Origin: a virus
Taxonomy: Duplodnaviria > Heunggongvirae > Uroviricota > Caudoviricetes
DNA: 64,000 nucleotides
Direction: 5' to 3' (one strand)
Virus record (IMG/VR): IMGVR_UViG_3300029705_000029
The position numbers and the translations under genes are program-made. The notes under the pieces are model-generated. The model saw nothing but the letters and a program-made list of their open reading frames with translations, was not told where the DNA came from and searched no databases. Of this stretch, positions 46,157-55,526 are shown piece by piece. Position 1 is the stretch's first letter; every line of letters starts with the position of its first letter.

Positions 46157-46529
46157 ATGAAATCAAACACCACAGTATAATATTTCCTTTGAAAATCGTC
46201 GCGACAATCATAAGGAAAATATACCATACCCACCCAATGGTGAGTCCGTCAATCATTGAATCTGGCAACACTTTTTCTTCTGGAAAATGTACATTACTAT
46301 TTGTTTTACTTGTTATTTTAATAAAACAGTTATCAAAATGTTCCTGATACGCATGATACCTTGCGTGGCCAAGTTTATACACATACACTTCACGTTTCGT
46401 ATCATAACAAATAAACGTAGCTTCCGTTTCTTCAAGGCCATCTTTAACAATAAATACTGTACCAGTATAATATTTTTGCCCATCAACAACAAAATAATTT
46501 TGAAACCTCATTGAATTTCCTCCAAGCAA
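46095..46529 (-). CDS. Membrane-anchored hypothetical protein
   Basis: C-terminal transmembrane helix. Confidence 0.4.
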   Translation of the reverse strand: MLGGNSMRFQNYFVVDGQKYYTGTVFIVKDGLEETEATFICYDTKREVYVYKLGHARYHAYQEHFDNCFIKITSKTNSNVHFPEEKVLPDSMIDGLTIGWVWYIFLMIVATIFKGNIILWCLISYVFFSWRKKKIEKGGRYVEW

Positions 46530-46726
46530 GAAATCGCTTCTTCGAGCGCATCAATCGCTGCTTCCAAGTTTTCTTGTGCCTCCTCAGATTCCATTCCTCT
46601 GTCAGATCCCTGCAAACTTTCGGGCATGTTGTCAAACGCTTCCTGTTCATCATCGAGAATGTTCTGTACCAGTTCTTCGATGCGCTCAATTGCCTGTTTG
46701 ATTTGCTTTCTTCTTGCCTTATTCAT
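46508..46726 (-). CDS. Small acidic helical protein
   Basis: ORF track. Confidence 0.4.
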   Translation of the reverse strand: MNKARRKQIKQAIERIEELVQNILDDEQEAFDNMPESLQGSDRGMESEEAQENLEAAIDALEEAISCLEEIQ

Positions 46727-46989
46727 GCCTGTACTCCTCCAGTTACTTCCATAATATATTCGTTGATCATAATCTTTCTAGCTTTACGCTTCTGTTTAAC
46801 CAATTCCCGCTGTCTCCAATACTGGTGTTCTTCATTCTTAACAAGATGCTTGCACTCTTTCTGAAGACAGTTCTTGCACTTCATCTGCTTTACAGTCATA
46901 GATGCGTGATGGTGTCGGCAGTACGCAGCTACATTGTTTGAGCAGGTATTAAACAGACATTCCTTCATAGTATACCACCTTTCCTGCAT
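46723..46989 (-). CDS. Cys/His-rich small protein
   Basis: ORF track. Confidence 0.4.
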   Translation of the reverse strand: MQERWYTMKECLFNTCSNNVAAYCRHHHASMTVKQMKCKNCLQKECKHLVKNEEHQYWRQRELVKQKRKARKIMINEYIMEVTGGVQA

Positions 46990-46997
46990 TATACCTC

Positions 46998-47018
46998 ATT
47001 AATTTTGAATTGTCAAGA
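46998..47018 (-). promoter_or_regulatory. Conserved motif copy, class 1 (TTGACA-N17-TATAAT; duplicated TTGACAAT)
   Basis: Upstream of 46723..46989. Confidence 0.55.
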
Positions 47019-47044
47019 TTGTCAATTTTGAATATTTCAACTAT

Positions 47045-47560
47045 TTATGCGATCTTTTTACGCTTTTCAAAAGTTCTCTTGTATGGTTCAAATTCTTTTG
47101 TCTCATCATATCCAATGCTTTTAAGAATCTGGATCCTTTCTGTTTCATCAATAATTCTAGTAATTTTAATCTTATCCGTAATAATCCATATGCGATTGCA
47201 TCCAGTCTCTCTAAACCTGTAAAATCCGTTCTCTGGGATATGATCTACAAAACATTTTTTAGGTAGTTGCGCAACCACGTCAGTATAATCTACTGCTGTG
47301 TTACATTCTACTTCACACCAAACTCTTTTCCATGTTTTACCCCTTTGTGACTTATACATTCCATTGGCAGACATAAGCCATGGTGCAGAACAAATCTGGC
47401 CTACATGAATACCAGGTCTTTTTGCGAAGCCTGCAGTTGGATGATTTTCTGCTTGAATCCATTGTCCAATTGGATATACAGTTTTCTTATCAATAAACAA
47501 CGGATACAAATTGCCGAACCTATCCATTTCAAATAACTTGTAGTATTTCTGTTTGCTCAT
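47045..47560 (-). CDS. Hypothetical protein
   Basis: ORF track. Confidence 0.45.
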   Translation of the reverse strand: MSKQKYYKLFEMDRFGNLYPLFIDKKTVYPIGQWIQAENHPTAGFAKRPGIHVGQICSAPWLMSANGMYKSQRGKTWKRVWCEVECNTAVDYTDVVAQLPKKCFVDHIPENGFYRFRETGCNRIWIITDKIKITRIIDETERIQILKSIGYDETKEFEPYKRTFEKRKKIA

Positions 47561-47574
47561 ATATTATACCTCCC

Positions 47575-47748
47575 TTATTCCTCTGTATCAAACAGCATTT
47601 CAATTGTATTATTTTCTTCATCAATATTAAATTCCTGAAAATATGTTTCAAACCATTCCTGTTTATTTCCATCTACAAAATAGATTTCTGCATTTGGATA
47701 TATTTCTTGCAATTTTAACAAATTCTTAACGAGTTCTTTAATTTTCAT
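47575..47748 (-). CDS. Small hypothetical protein (57 aa, hand-called)
   Basis: AAAGGAGATGGAAGT-ATG. Confidence 0.35.
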   Translation of the reverse strand: MKIKELVKNLLKLQEIYPNAEIYFVDGNKQEWFETYFQEFNIDEENNTIEMLFDTEE

Positions 47749-47763
47749 ACTTCCATCTCCTTT

Positions 47764-48093
47764 TTAATTATCATACTTTGAACAATGCCCACTTGCGCAC
47801 ACCAGATCTTCAATAAAAGGTTCATATGCCTTAATAAACCTAATTAGTCTACCAACATCAGATCGCCATGTCTTGCGTTCATCTTCGTATTCGCTATGCC
47901 TCATTTCTTCATTGCAATGCCCAACCTCATAATAAGTACTAAGCACATAATCGCACTCAGCAACCATATCACGCAAATTCCATTCGCTTGTATTTTCACT
48001 AAGCGTTTCTCCAATTGTGTTATGTTCATAGCAAAGTGAATACATGATATTGTTGTATCTTTTAAGCGCACTTTCCATGTTTAACTTCTTCAT
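47764..48093 (-). CDS. Hypothetical protein
   Basis: ORF track. Confidence 0.45.
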   Translation of the reverse strand: MKKLNMESALKRYNNIMYSLCYEHNTIGETLSENTSEWNLRDMVAECDYVLSTYYEVGHCNEEMRHSEYEDERKTWRSDVGRLIRFIKAYEPFIEDLVCASGHCSKYDN

Positions 48094-48308
48094 TATTCAA
48101 ACCTCCATTCGTCAGGAAACATCATCCAACCATTACGCATCATATCTTCAAACTGAATGCAATAGCATTGATTCTGTTCATATGCGTTAAGATTACACCA
48201 TAAAAATCCTGTGTGGTTGTATCTATCTTCTGCTTCTTTCCATACTGTATTTACAAACTCCAAATGACTCATACACTGTCCAGTTTTAACATTTATAAAT
48301 TTTAACAT
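48093..48308 (-). CDS. Hypothetical protein
   Basis: ORF track. Confidence 0.4.
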   Translation of the reverse strand: MLKFINVKTGQCMSHLEFVNTVWKEAEDRYNHTGFLWCNLNAYEQNQCYCIQFEDMMRNGWMMFPDEWRFE

Positions 48309-48321
48309 TATTTACTCCTCC

Positions 48322-48573
48322 TTATACGTTCAATGTTCCAGTTTCAATCATGATCACATGATAATTTTTAACAACAAAACTATACGAATAACCTACCGCA
48401 CCAGGAGCCACACTCCACCCCATAGATTCTCTTACTCCAAAATAATCACATCTCTCTTCAAAATTCATGCTTTCCAATTCCCAAAATTCATCATCGTTCT
48501 CAAGTTCAAAAACATGAATCTTTTCCGCAGTTTCATCCCAGCTGTTCCACTCAGATTCAAAAACCTTTTTCAT
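48322..48573 (-). CDS. Hypothetical protein
   Basis: ORF track. Confidence 0.4.
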   Translation of the reverse strand: MKKVFESEWNSWDETAEKIHVFELENDDEFWELESMNFEERCDYFGVRESMGWSVAPGAVGYSYSFVVKNYHVIMIETGTLNV

Positions 48574-48574
48574 A

Positions 48575-49045
48575 CTATTTCTCCTTAAGCTGCATTTTCA
48601 AGTGCGCAATTTCAAGTCTCAGCTCACAATTATCTCTTGTAAGCCTATTAATCAAGCTTTCATTTCTTTCAGCCTTCTGAAGTCGTTCTTGTTTAATCTC
48701 GTCTTCACTGTACATATCCCAATTTTCTTGAGTGTAATCGTGCATCACATCAAAGATGCTATAGTCAATGATTCCCTTGCTAATGATTTTATTAGTATCA
48801 CAATCTACAATTACATACGCATTCCCCTCAAAATACATATAAATTAAAGACAAGTCATAATCATTATCAAACTTAGTTCTTTCAATGCGCTCTCCATACA
48901 ACGGATCATCAGATAAATTTCTTATGTCTGTAATCAGCATGTCATACTGGCCGCGCTTCTTTGGTTTCCATTCGCTCTTAACAATAGTTAACCAATCTTC
49001 ATCAAATCCTAATCGTTCTAATTTTTTAATTGTTCTTATATCCAT
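48575..49045 (-). CDS. Hypothetical protein
   Basis: ORF track. Confidence 0.45.
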   Translation of the reverse strand: MDIRTIKKLERLGFDEDWLTIVKSEWKPKKRGQYDMLITDIRNLSDDPLYGERIERTKFDNDYDLSLIYMYFEGNAYVIVDCDTNKIISKGIIDYSIFDVMHDYTQENWDMYSEDEIKQERLQKAERNESLINRLTRDNCELRLEIAHLKMQLKEK

Positions 49046-49062
49046 TTAACATATCTCCTTTT

Positions 49063-49416
49063 TTAACAATATTTATCACAATACTTTTGAATCGCTTTTC
49101 TGTTTTCATTTGTGTCAATCCAGCCCAAATATTTTCTGTCAAAGTTTTCAGGAAGTTCTTCAATAGGAATAATTTTAACTCCATCTTTAATTGCTTGCTC
49201 TGTAGCCTTATCATCATCAAAACATCCTACATCACTAATTGCTTCAATCTCCAACATTCCAGTTCCATCAAAGTTAAAAACCTCATAGCCCTTATTGCAA
49301 CTTTCAGGTCCCCAATCATAAACTATATCTTTAATTGCTTCCTCGTCGTTTCCATAATATCTCATCATTTGTTCGTATCTTTCTTTTGTCAAACCAAATT
49401 TACTCATAATAGCCAC
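49063..49416 (-). CDS. Hypothetical protein
   Basis: ORF track. Confidence 0.45.
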   Translation of the reverse strand: MAIMSKFGLTKERYEQMMRYYGNDEEAIKDIVYDWGPESCNKGYEVFNFDGTGMLEIEAISDVGCFDDDKATEQAIKDGVKIIPIEELPENFDRKYLGWIDTNENRKAIQKYCDKYC

Positions 49417-49428
49417 CTCAATTAATTT

Positions 49429-49448
49429 TGTACTGTTTAATGCTGATG
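49429..49448 (-). promoter_or_regulatory. Conserved motif copy
   Basis: Upstream of 49063..49416. Confidence 0.45.
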
Positions 49449-50114
49449 AAACACAACTGCTTTGAGCGCTTTAGACCAACATGCGCCACAAGCCGAGCAA
49501 GTAGATTCTCTTCCAGGACATACGAACGCGTTCTTAGGAAAGTCAGGATTCAAACGCTTGTCGTTAAAATCTACATACGCAACACCCAGTCCATGAGGAT
49601 TAGGAACTTCCCACAGCTTGTCCCAAGCGGAAAACATGATATTAAGATTGTCAGGCAGTTTTCCGTTCTTGTCAATGTAGTCATTTACAAGTTCGTACTG
49701 CTTAGTAAACGCCATGTATTTAGTGCTAGGAGTTTTCTTACACAGATCCACAAGTCTTACCAGAAAAGCCATATCAGGGAAATCACCGCTATCGAAAATT
49801 CTCACCTTAGGAAGTCCAGAAAACTTTACCTTGTAATAAACCTGTTCAAAGAAATTGTCAGGATCGTCATAGTACAGTCTAAGGTTTCTGTAATATGCTG
49901 CCTGTACATTCGCCATTTGCTGAAATCCCTTACATGCATAGCAAGTTGACTTACAAGGTGCATCATTACGACAAGTACATACTGGAAATGCAAGATTCAA
50001 ACAAGCTGCGCCAGTCTTGCTGTTCTTATTAGCCATGTTAATTTCATTACTCTTGTTTGCGAGAAAATCAATATACTCCTGTTTAGTTGCAAAAAATTCT
50101 TTATTCTGTTTCAT
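49437..50114 (-). CDS. Hypothetical multi-Cys protein (start trimmed to the Met at 50114)
   Basis: Cys clusters CTCRNDAPCKSTCYAC and CSACGAC; GGGAGG ribosome-binding site before the internal ATG. Confidence 0.45.
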   Translation of the reverse strand: MKQNKEFFATKQEYIDFLANKSNEINMANKNSKTGAACLNLAFPVCTCRNDAPCKSTCYACKGFQQMANVQAAYYRNLRLYYDDPDNFFEQVYYKVKFSGLPKVRIFDSGDFPDMAFLVRLVDLCKKTPSTKYMAFTKQYELVNDYIDKNGKLPDNLNIMFSAWDKLWEVPNPHGLGVAYVDFNDKRLNPDFPKNAFVCPGRESTCSACGACWSKALKAVVFHQH

Positions 50115-50118
50115 GTTA

Positions 50119-50400
50119 TTATACCTCCCATTTTTCCATTTCTCTTTTAATTTCTCCATCAAACGGTTCATCTTCCAAGCTAACTCCATATGCCATGTAA
50201 ATAGCTTCAAGAATCATATCAGCAAACCCAATAAGTCCGTTCCAGCACAGATATTCTGCAAGAAATTCCTTACCAGACATGGATAAAATCTTTTCGTCTG
50301 GGGTAGTGTCATCTTCATCATAACCGAGGCGCTGACGCATATCCTTCATGACGAATTCGGGAATTCCAGGATGCTTGTCAATATAATAGTTAATATCCAT
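50119..50400 (-). CDS. Hypothetical protein
   Basis: ORF track. Confidence 0.4.
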   Translation of the reverse strand: MDINYYIDKHPGIPEFVMKDMRQRLGYDEDDTTPDEKILSMSGKEFLAEYLCWNGLIGFADMILEAIYMAYGVSLEDEPFDGEIKREMEKWEV

Positions 50401-50684
50401 TATTCTTCCTCCTTATATACTCCAATAATATGTTTGTGAGTATAATCCTCATCATCGGAATCTGCCCACACAAGACAATCTAGAACATCGTCATACGTTG
50501 CAAATTCCATTGTTCCATGTTTGACTTCATAGTGCGGCCTCACCAAACATACATCCTGAATAATTCTACCGTCCTTGTCCCGAATACAGATAATCATTTC
50601 TGGCGGAATTTCAGGTTGATTTCTGTCATCAATTTCTGCGACAATCTGATAGCTCCCAAACGGAATAATAAGTTTATTTTCCAT
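50400..50684 (-). CDS. Hypothetical protein
   Basis: ORF track. Confidence 0.4.
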   Translation of the reverse strand: MENKLIIPFGSYQIVAEIDDRNQPEIPPEMIICIRDKDGRIIQDVCLVRPHYEVKHGTMEFATYDDVLDCLVWADSDDEDYTHKHIIGVYKEEE

Positions 50685-51055
50685 TACTCTTCCTCCATTT
50701 CAACAAATACATAATCATCAATACCATTGATATCAGGGCAATGTCCTTTAAAATATTCCTTTACATATTGTGGGACAATATATTCATCATCACCGTCACT
50801 TCCGTTTTTATAACAATTGAGCGGAATCGCAAAAGCAGATTCTCCTCCAGCATAATCAATCAAAATAAACCTAGAAGTGTATTCTGGGATTTCAATTACT
50901 CTTGCAAAATACCATGCCTCTACGCTATGAGTATCTGGAATTTCGTCAGGCCAATCAACCCCTGGGTCGCATCCAAATTCAACCGTGTCTCCGTTTTTAA
51001 GAGTCAAAAGATGCTGGGCAAAATCATCGCACGTCATAGGCTGGATGTATTTCAT
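50684..51055 (-). CDS. Hypothetical protein
   Basis: ORF track. Confidence 0.45.
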   Translation of the reverse strand: MKYIQPMTCDDFAQHLLTLKNGDTVEFGCDPGVDWPDEIPDTHSVEAWYFARVIEIPEYTSRFILIDYAGGESAFAIPLNCYKNGSDGDDEYIVPQYVKEYFKGHCPDINGIDDYVFVEMEEE

Positions 51056-51558
51056 TCTTCTTCCTCCTCACAATCAAGCAGCTCTCCCCAACCAAAATAT
51101 TCAATTTCTTCGTCTGTAAGGTCAATATTTCTGAATTTGGCGAGCGTTTCTTCTTCATCAAGTCGATACGATCCATAACAATCTGCAATATAGCACAGAC
51201 AATCTCTAATGATTTGCATTGCTCGCTGGTAGTCAATTCCATCTCCACCAAGATAGATTTCTCTTGAAACATAAATCAGCAAATCATACGTTTCAACATG
51301 CGCCAATTCATTTGCGCATTGAAAAATTGCCTTTTCAAAGCTTCTTGTCATGAACAGAATTTTACCTACCGCTTCAGCTGCATCATGGCGATCATCTATT
51401 GCATTGAGCTGATCCTCGTACCATGCTTCGTCTCTAAATGCGTTCTGTCCGCATTCAACAACATACTGAATTGCTGTGCGGAAAATCACATCTCCTTTGC
51501 ATATGTACTTGGCGCGAATTTTATCTAACTTCTGTTTAGATTCTGTGTAATTGTTCAT
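51052..51558 (-). CDS. Hypothetical protein
   Basis: ORF track. Confidence 0.45.
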   Translation of the reverse strand: MNNYTESKQKLDKIRAKYICKGDVIFRTAIQYVVECGQNAFRDEAWYEDQLNAIDDRHDAAEAVGKILFMTRSFEKAIFQCANELAHVETYDLLIYVSREIYLGGDGIDYQRAMQIIRDCLCYIADCYGSYRLDEEETLAKFRNIDLTDEEIEYFGWGELLDCEEEEE

Positions 51559-51570
51559 AATTAAACCTCC

Positions 51571-51729
51571 TTAATGTGCGATCATTTTCCACAAATCAGA
51601 AATAATATCGTGAATTGCGTTCGTAATTGCTTCTTTGTCATCAAATTGTTCGTCTGTAATGTAACCGAAATCTCTTAGACTGATTTGTTCTTCGTCGTCA
51701 ATTGTAATAATCACTCTTGTGTCTGACAT
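51571..51729 (-). CDS. Small acidic protein (52 aa, hand-called)
   Basis: GAGGAGG before the ATG at 51729. Confidence 0.35.
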   Translation of the reverse strand: MSDTRVIITIDDEEQISLRDFGYITDEQFDDKEAITNAIHDIISDLWKMIAH

Positions 51730-51914
51730 GACCCATCCTCCTCACTTACATTCATAGGCTGAACATCAATTATAAACTCCTCTGTGTCACATGGACTGAT
51801 CGCACCAAGAAACACTAAATTTCTTGCGGCACTTTGTGCTTCTTTGGCGCTACCTGCAACAACTTTTGTGATATACTTAGCTACTACTTCTACTGTTACT
51901 TCTCTTAGTGCCAT
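51711..51914 (-). CDS. Hypothetical protein
   Basis: ORF track. Confidence 0.4.
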   Translation of the reverse strand: MALREVTVEVVAKYITKVVAGSAKEAQSAARNLVFLGAISPCDTEEFIIDVQPMNVSEEDGSCQTQE

Positions 51915-51926
51915 AATTAAACCCCC

Positions 51927-52421
51927 TTAGCCACCCCATCTCAAATTAGTCCACTTTCCATCATAGCAACCATATCGTCCGCCCACAATCATTTTATACA
52001 CTGCACACAATCCTTCGTTCCACTTGTCACGGCTACCCTTGAACACGGTCATAGGATAAATCTGTTCTTTATAACTATCACCGCTACCAACATAATCAAG
52101 AAACCAGATGTCTTCAATTTGCTTTGCCTTATATACCATTGCTGGTTCAAGCGCCAAAAAAATCTTTTGACCATTGATATCAATTACCTTTTGAAGTCCA
52201 AAGTCCAATTCAAACTTTGCGTTTCCAACATCTTCATCGTCGCAATCATAATCATTGTACTCTGCTTCTCCGTTTATAGTGGCGACGATCTCTGTTGCAA
52301 AAGTCCTCATTAAACTTGTATTGTTACATAGAATGATGATGTTTTCTGTGATTGGACACAAAAGATTATTGTCGTCTTTCGTATCAAATCTTTCGTGATT
52401 AAATTTGATGCCGTTTACCAT
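51927..52421 (-). CDS. Hypothetical protein
   Basis: ORF track. Confidence 0.45.
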   Translation of the reverse strand: MVNGIKFNHERFDTKDDNNLLCPITENIIILCNNTSLMRTFATEIVATINGEAEYNDYDCDDEDVGNAKFELDFGLQKVIDINGQKIFLALEPAMVYKAKQIEDIWFLDYVGSGDSYKEQIYPMTVFKGSRDKWNEGLCAVYKMIVGGRYGCYDGKWTNLRWGG

Positions 52422-52446
52422 GTTGTCACCTCTTCAAATTATCCTT

Positions 52447-52773
52447 TCACAAATTCTTGCAAGCATCAATGATTGCCTGTGCATTGTTAATCTGCGGCTG
52501 AAGATTTGCCTTTGCAGCTTCCTCAGTGAGCCACATCTCTCCACTAAGATATGTCTTCAGGTAAAATGCTTTTTCATTGGCAATACACTTTATCCTGCTG
52601 AGTTCTCTTACTTTTTCTCTAAGGGTATTATTAACGTCTGCCAACATTTCGCTAAGCTGTAATGCTGAAATATCGTCATAGCATACATAAAGATATCGCT
52701 TTAGAATATCTTCAATCGAATTCAGGCTATCGTTTCCATTCAGCATGCCCAGCAGTCTTTCTCTGTCTGTCAT
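52447..52773 (-). CDS. Hypothetical protein
   Basis: ORF track. Confidence 0.45.
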   Translation of the reverse strand: MTDRERLLGMLNGNDSLNSIEDILKRYLYVCYDDISALQLSEMLADVNNTLREKVRELSRIKCIANEKAFYLKTYLSGEMWLTEEAAKANLQPQINNAQAIIDACKNL

Positions 52774-52793
52774 ACTTTCACCTCATCAAATCG

Positions 52794-52967
52794 TCATTTT
52801 ATTTCCTTTTCTACATCAATTACAACAGTTACTTTTGAACCCACCTTTATATGCTTACCAATAAATCCATTTAAGCAAACTACTGAATATCCATACTCGT
52901 CATCTTGCGTATCAATATAGACATTATTTTCTGCTTTCCAGTATGTTCCTTCAAATACATATCTCAT
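52794..52967 (-). CDS. Small hypothetical protein (57 aa, hand-called)
   Basis: GAGGTGA before the ATG at 52967. Confidence 0.3.
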   Translation of the reverse strand: MRYVFEGTYWKAENNVYIDTQDDEYGYSVVCLNGFIGKHIKVGSKVTVVIDVEKEIK

Positions 52968-53034
52968 ATTATCACCTCATAAAATTATCCTTTCAAGTCG
53001 TTATTATTTCATATACACTCATGAATTCCGTAAG

Positions 53035-53139
53035 CTCTCTTTAACAGATTCATGTTTGAGCTGCATTGAACCTGGGAATGATCTCAGAACCGGGTGATAA
53101 CCGGGTGACGAGATCAGCGCCCAGGTGTTTGTGCAGCTC
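53035..53139. repeat. Structured repeat unit A1 (conserved box CTCTTTAACAGATTCATGTTTGA plus an 82-nt hairpin closed by GAGCTGCA/TGCAGCTC)
   Basis: Box homologous to units A2 and B0-B3. The hairpin core contains CCGGGTGATAACCGGGTGA. Confidence 0.5.
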
Positions 53140-53140
53140 G

Positions 53141-53325
53141 GCTGAATTGAATTCCCTTGTGTATATTGGCGCTTATACCAAATTAAAATGCACTCTGTAT
53201 TTCCGTAGATATTTCTTTACAAGTTCCATATTCGGATCAATCTGAGAAAGTTACCAGCAAGGAAGCCGGGTAGATAAACCGGCTGTAATGCTGGTAAATT
53301 GAGCTTGAGGATTGATCGGAGTTAA
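53141..53325. repeat. Structured repeat unit A2 (box ...TTTCTTTACAAGTTCCATATTCGG plus a hairpin closed by GATCAATC/GATTGATC)
   Basis: Hairpin core AGCCGGGTAGATAAACCGGCT. The box aligns with B2 (CCTTGT..AATTAAA..TTTCT.TA...TCATAT). Confidence 0.5.
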
Positions 53326-53367
53326 ATTGAAACACCTTATGCATTCGCAGTATCTATCTGCGTTATG

Positions 53368-54300
53368 TTAATAGCCCTTTACTCCAAGCTCATGCATTCT
53401 ATTAGCATAGTTGAAATTATTGTCCTTAATTACCTTCTTCATCAGCGCAAACATTCTCCAACCTTCTCCCCTATATTCGTTAAGCTTGTATTTAAGCTCC
53501 TGCATAGACCCATAATTGGTAAGCGTTCCATTGTTATCTTTAATTACACAGTCGTGATACATTACCAGATTCTTAAGCGTATAATAAGCACCTTCTCCCT
53601 TGAAAGCATCAACCCATGCCTTGCTTTTGCGAGTTTCATAAGGAAGCTTAATCATGTCCTTCATAAAGTCCTTAAGATAACCATACAGTGAAGCGTAACT
53701 AACTGCATACTTAAGATACACAATCTTACTCATCAGCGGACGATACAGTTTCTTGTTCAAATCCTCTACAAAGATGTCAATTCCATTTACTCTCTTGTAA
53801 GGAACTCCCTTGCACTTCTTAGTAGGAAGCTTATCAACATAATCCTTGAGTTTTTCCACATAATCACATGCCACATCAATAACAACTTCCTTGGTGAAGA
53901 AGTGGCTTCTTTCATCAAAGCTTTCCTTGTCGCTGATTTCAAGGCAGCTAAGCACTCTTACTTCTTCGAGCATCATATCGAAAGTGTACTGATAGCCGTA
54001 CATTCTATGAAGGTAATCAGTGTAGCCCTCATGCATTCCATCATAGGACTTCCAATTCAACATCTGGAACATCTGAGCCATTACGAACCTTCTGTGAAGC
54101 TTGGTGTTCCTTACATATCCATTGGCGATAATCTGTTCTACAATGGGATCGGGTTCTTTGCCATTAACCACCACAGGCTGTCCATTTTCATCAATAATCA
54201 GATGAATCTTGGTTCCATTGTCAAGGTCCACAGTGAAGTACTTGCTGGTGTTGATGCCTGCCTGGTTCAATTTTTCCATTCTTTCTTTCTTGTTCAACAT
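53368..54300 (-). CDS. Hypothetical protein (first gene of the cassette flanked by the repeat array)
   Basis: 310-aa ORF. Confidence 0.5.
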   Translation of the reverse strand: MLNKKERMEKLNQAGINTSKYFTVDLDNGTKIHLIIDENGQPVVVNGKEPDPIVEQIIANGYVRNTKLHRRFVMAQMFQMLNWKSYDGMHEGYTDYLHRMYGYQYTFDMMLEEVRVLSCLEISDKESFDERSHFFTKEVVIDVACDYVEKLKDYVDKLPTKKCKGVPYKRVNGIDIFVEDLNKKLYRPLMSKIVYLKYAVSYASLYGYLKDFMKDMIKLPYETRKSKAWVDAFKGEGAYYTLKNLVMYHDCVIKDNNGTLTNYGSMQELKYKLNEYRGEGWRMFALMKKVIKDNNFNYANRMHELGVKGY

Positions 54301-54320
54301 AATATCATTCTCCTTATCTT

Positions 54321-54818
54321 TTAATTATTTTCAATCCACTTTCTTAGAATTACTAGATCTTTATCATTCTTTGACTGGTAAAACCACTTACCCATAGTCT
54401 TTTCATCCCACACAAAGCTGCCTTCAAGCGCAATGCATAGGATAAATCCTTCAAGCCGTGCTTTTGTAATCTCCCTCCTGTTCGCCAAAAATAATCTTTC
54501 ATCAGGAATCTCTTCAATTGGCAGCGCTTTGAAGTATGTTCGTCTCTTATTATCACTCCTTTCACTTGGTAGAGAATACTTATATCTGTCATATAATACA
54601 TCAATCGTTCCAAGAACAAGTTCCATCGTTGTAGGATCTCCTTTACGATTAAACAAATTCCTTGAAGTATCATATTCTCCGTTCTTAATCAGATAATCAT
54701 TGCCGACTTTCATTGTTCGCTTCTCAAAGTCAATATGGAACGTCTCTCCGTTTTCAACTCTTAAAAGCAGCTCTTCATAAATTGTCATTGTCTTACCTCC
54801 TTTTTGATAGATGCTCAA
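54321..54818 (-). CDS. Hypothetical protein (second gene of the cassette flanked by the repeat array)
   Basis: 165-aa ORF; GGAGGTAAGACA ribosome-binding site. Confidence 0.5.
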   Translation of the reverse strand: MSIYQKGGKTMTIYEELLLRVENGETFHIDFEKRTMKVGNDYLIKNGEYDTSRNLFNRKGDPTTMELVLGTIDVLYDRYKYSLPSERSDNKRRTYFKALPIEEIPDERLFLANRREITKARLEGFILCIALEGSFVWDEKTMGKWFYQSKNDKDLVILRKWIENN

Positions 54819-54821
54819 CAG

Positions 54822-54937
54822 TTTTGGTATATATCTTTAGAAGTCTCATATATCCTGAAGCGAGGCTCGTATTGGAGGCAGCCCCTGAAAGATAATTCGG
54901 CTGGCAGCCTCCTAATGCGAGACGTTATAGCTTCAGG
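54822..54937. repeat. Structured repeat unit B0 (partial box TTTAGAAGTCTCATATATCC plus a hairpin closed by CCTGAAGC/GCTTCAGG)
   Basis: Hairpin core contains CTGAAAGATAATTCGGCTGGCAGCC. Confidence 0.45.
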
Positions 54938-55098
54938 AAATTGAATCAACTGCCTTGCTATCTACTGCTATACTGCATAGATTACTCATAATACTGGTGT
55001 GTTCCTTTACCTGTTTCATGTTTGACTGCGCATGCCAGATTTAAGGCCATGATGGCAGGATGATAACCCTGCGATCTGGCCTGTGATCTGGGTTAATG
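54938..55098. repeat. Structured repeat unit B1 (box ...ATTACTCATAATACTGGTGTGTTCCTTTACCTGTTTCATGTTTGA plus a hairpin closed by GACTGC/GCAGTC)
   Basis: Hairpin core GGATGATAACCCTGCGATCTGG. Confidence 0.5.
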
Positions 55099-55268
55099 AG
55101 CAGTCGTCTGAATTCTATTACCTTGTAATCCATCGTCACACTACGAATTAAATTACTCAACAACATTGGTGCATTTCTCTAGTTGTTTCATATAAGAGGC
55201 AAATGCCTGCGTGAGAGACGGGATAATTCTGAGGTCTCAGTGTGTTATCCCGTTGGGCACGCAGGTCT
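55099..55268. repeat. Structured repeat unit B2 (box ...ATTACTCAACAACATTGGTGCATTTCTCTAGTTGTTTCATATAAGAGG plus a hairpin closed by CCTGCGTG/CACGCAGG)
   Basis: Hairpin core GGGATAATTCTGAGGTCTCAG. Confidence 0.5.
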
Positions 55269-55470
55269 ACTTGCCTTCTATTGAATCTAGTTGTCTTGTA
55301 ATTCACTGTTGCACTACATCATTACTCATAGCCATTGTGCGTTTCTTTAACTGTCTCATATTGGGGAATTATTTCAGCGACCTGGCATGGGAGCTGGAGC
55401 AATTTGAAACTTGCGTGCGCCTTCAAAGTGATAGCGACTAGGCGCAGCCAGTTTCAATGCGTAATAATTC
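55269..55470. repeat. Structured repeat unit B3 (box ...ATTACTCATAGCCATTGTGCGTTTCTTTAACTGTCTCATATTGGGG plus a ~104-nt hairpin closed by GGAATTATT/AATAATTCC)
   Basis: Hairpin core contains GTGATAGCGACTAGGCGCAGCC. Confidence 0.5.
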
Positions 55471-55526
55471 CCCAGTTGAATCTCGGCTACATTGTAATTT
55501 GCTTTTGTCGCACTCCAAAATGTCAA

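Noticed and set aside
53058-53139. Hammerhead ribozyme or TPP-riboswitch identity for the repeat-unit hairpins
   Set aside because: TGAACCTGGG and GTGACGAG superficially recall TPP (TGAACCTGA) and hammerhead (CUGAUGAG) cores. The essential CTGAGA or C3 and GAAA elements are missing, and the motif is not shared by the other units.
52990-55470. CRISPR array as the explanation for the tandem repeat units
   Set aside because: The conserved boxes are 50-90 nt and imperfectly conserved. The variable parts are long, strongly self-complementary hairpins rather than unstructured spacers. No cas genes are nearby.
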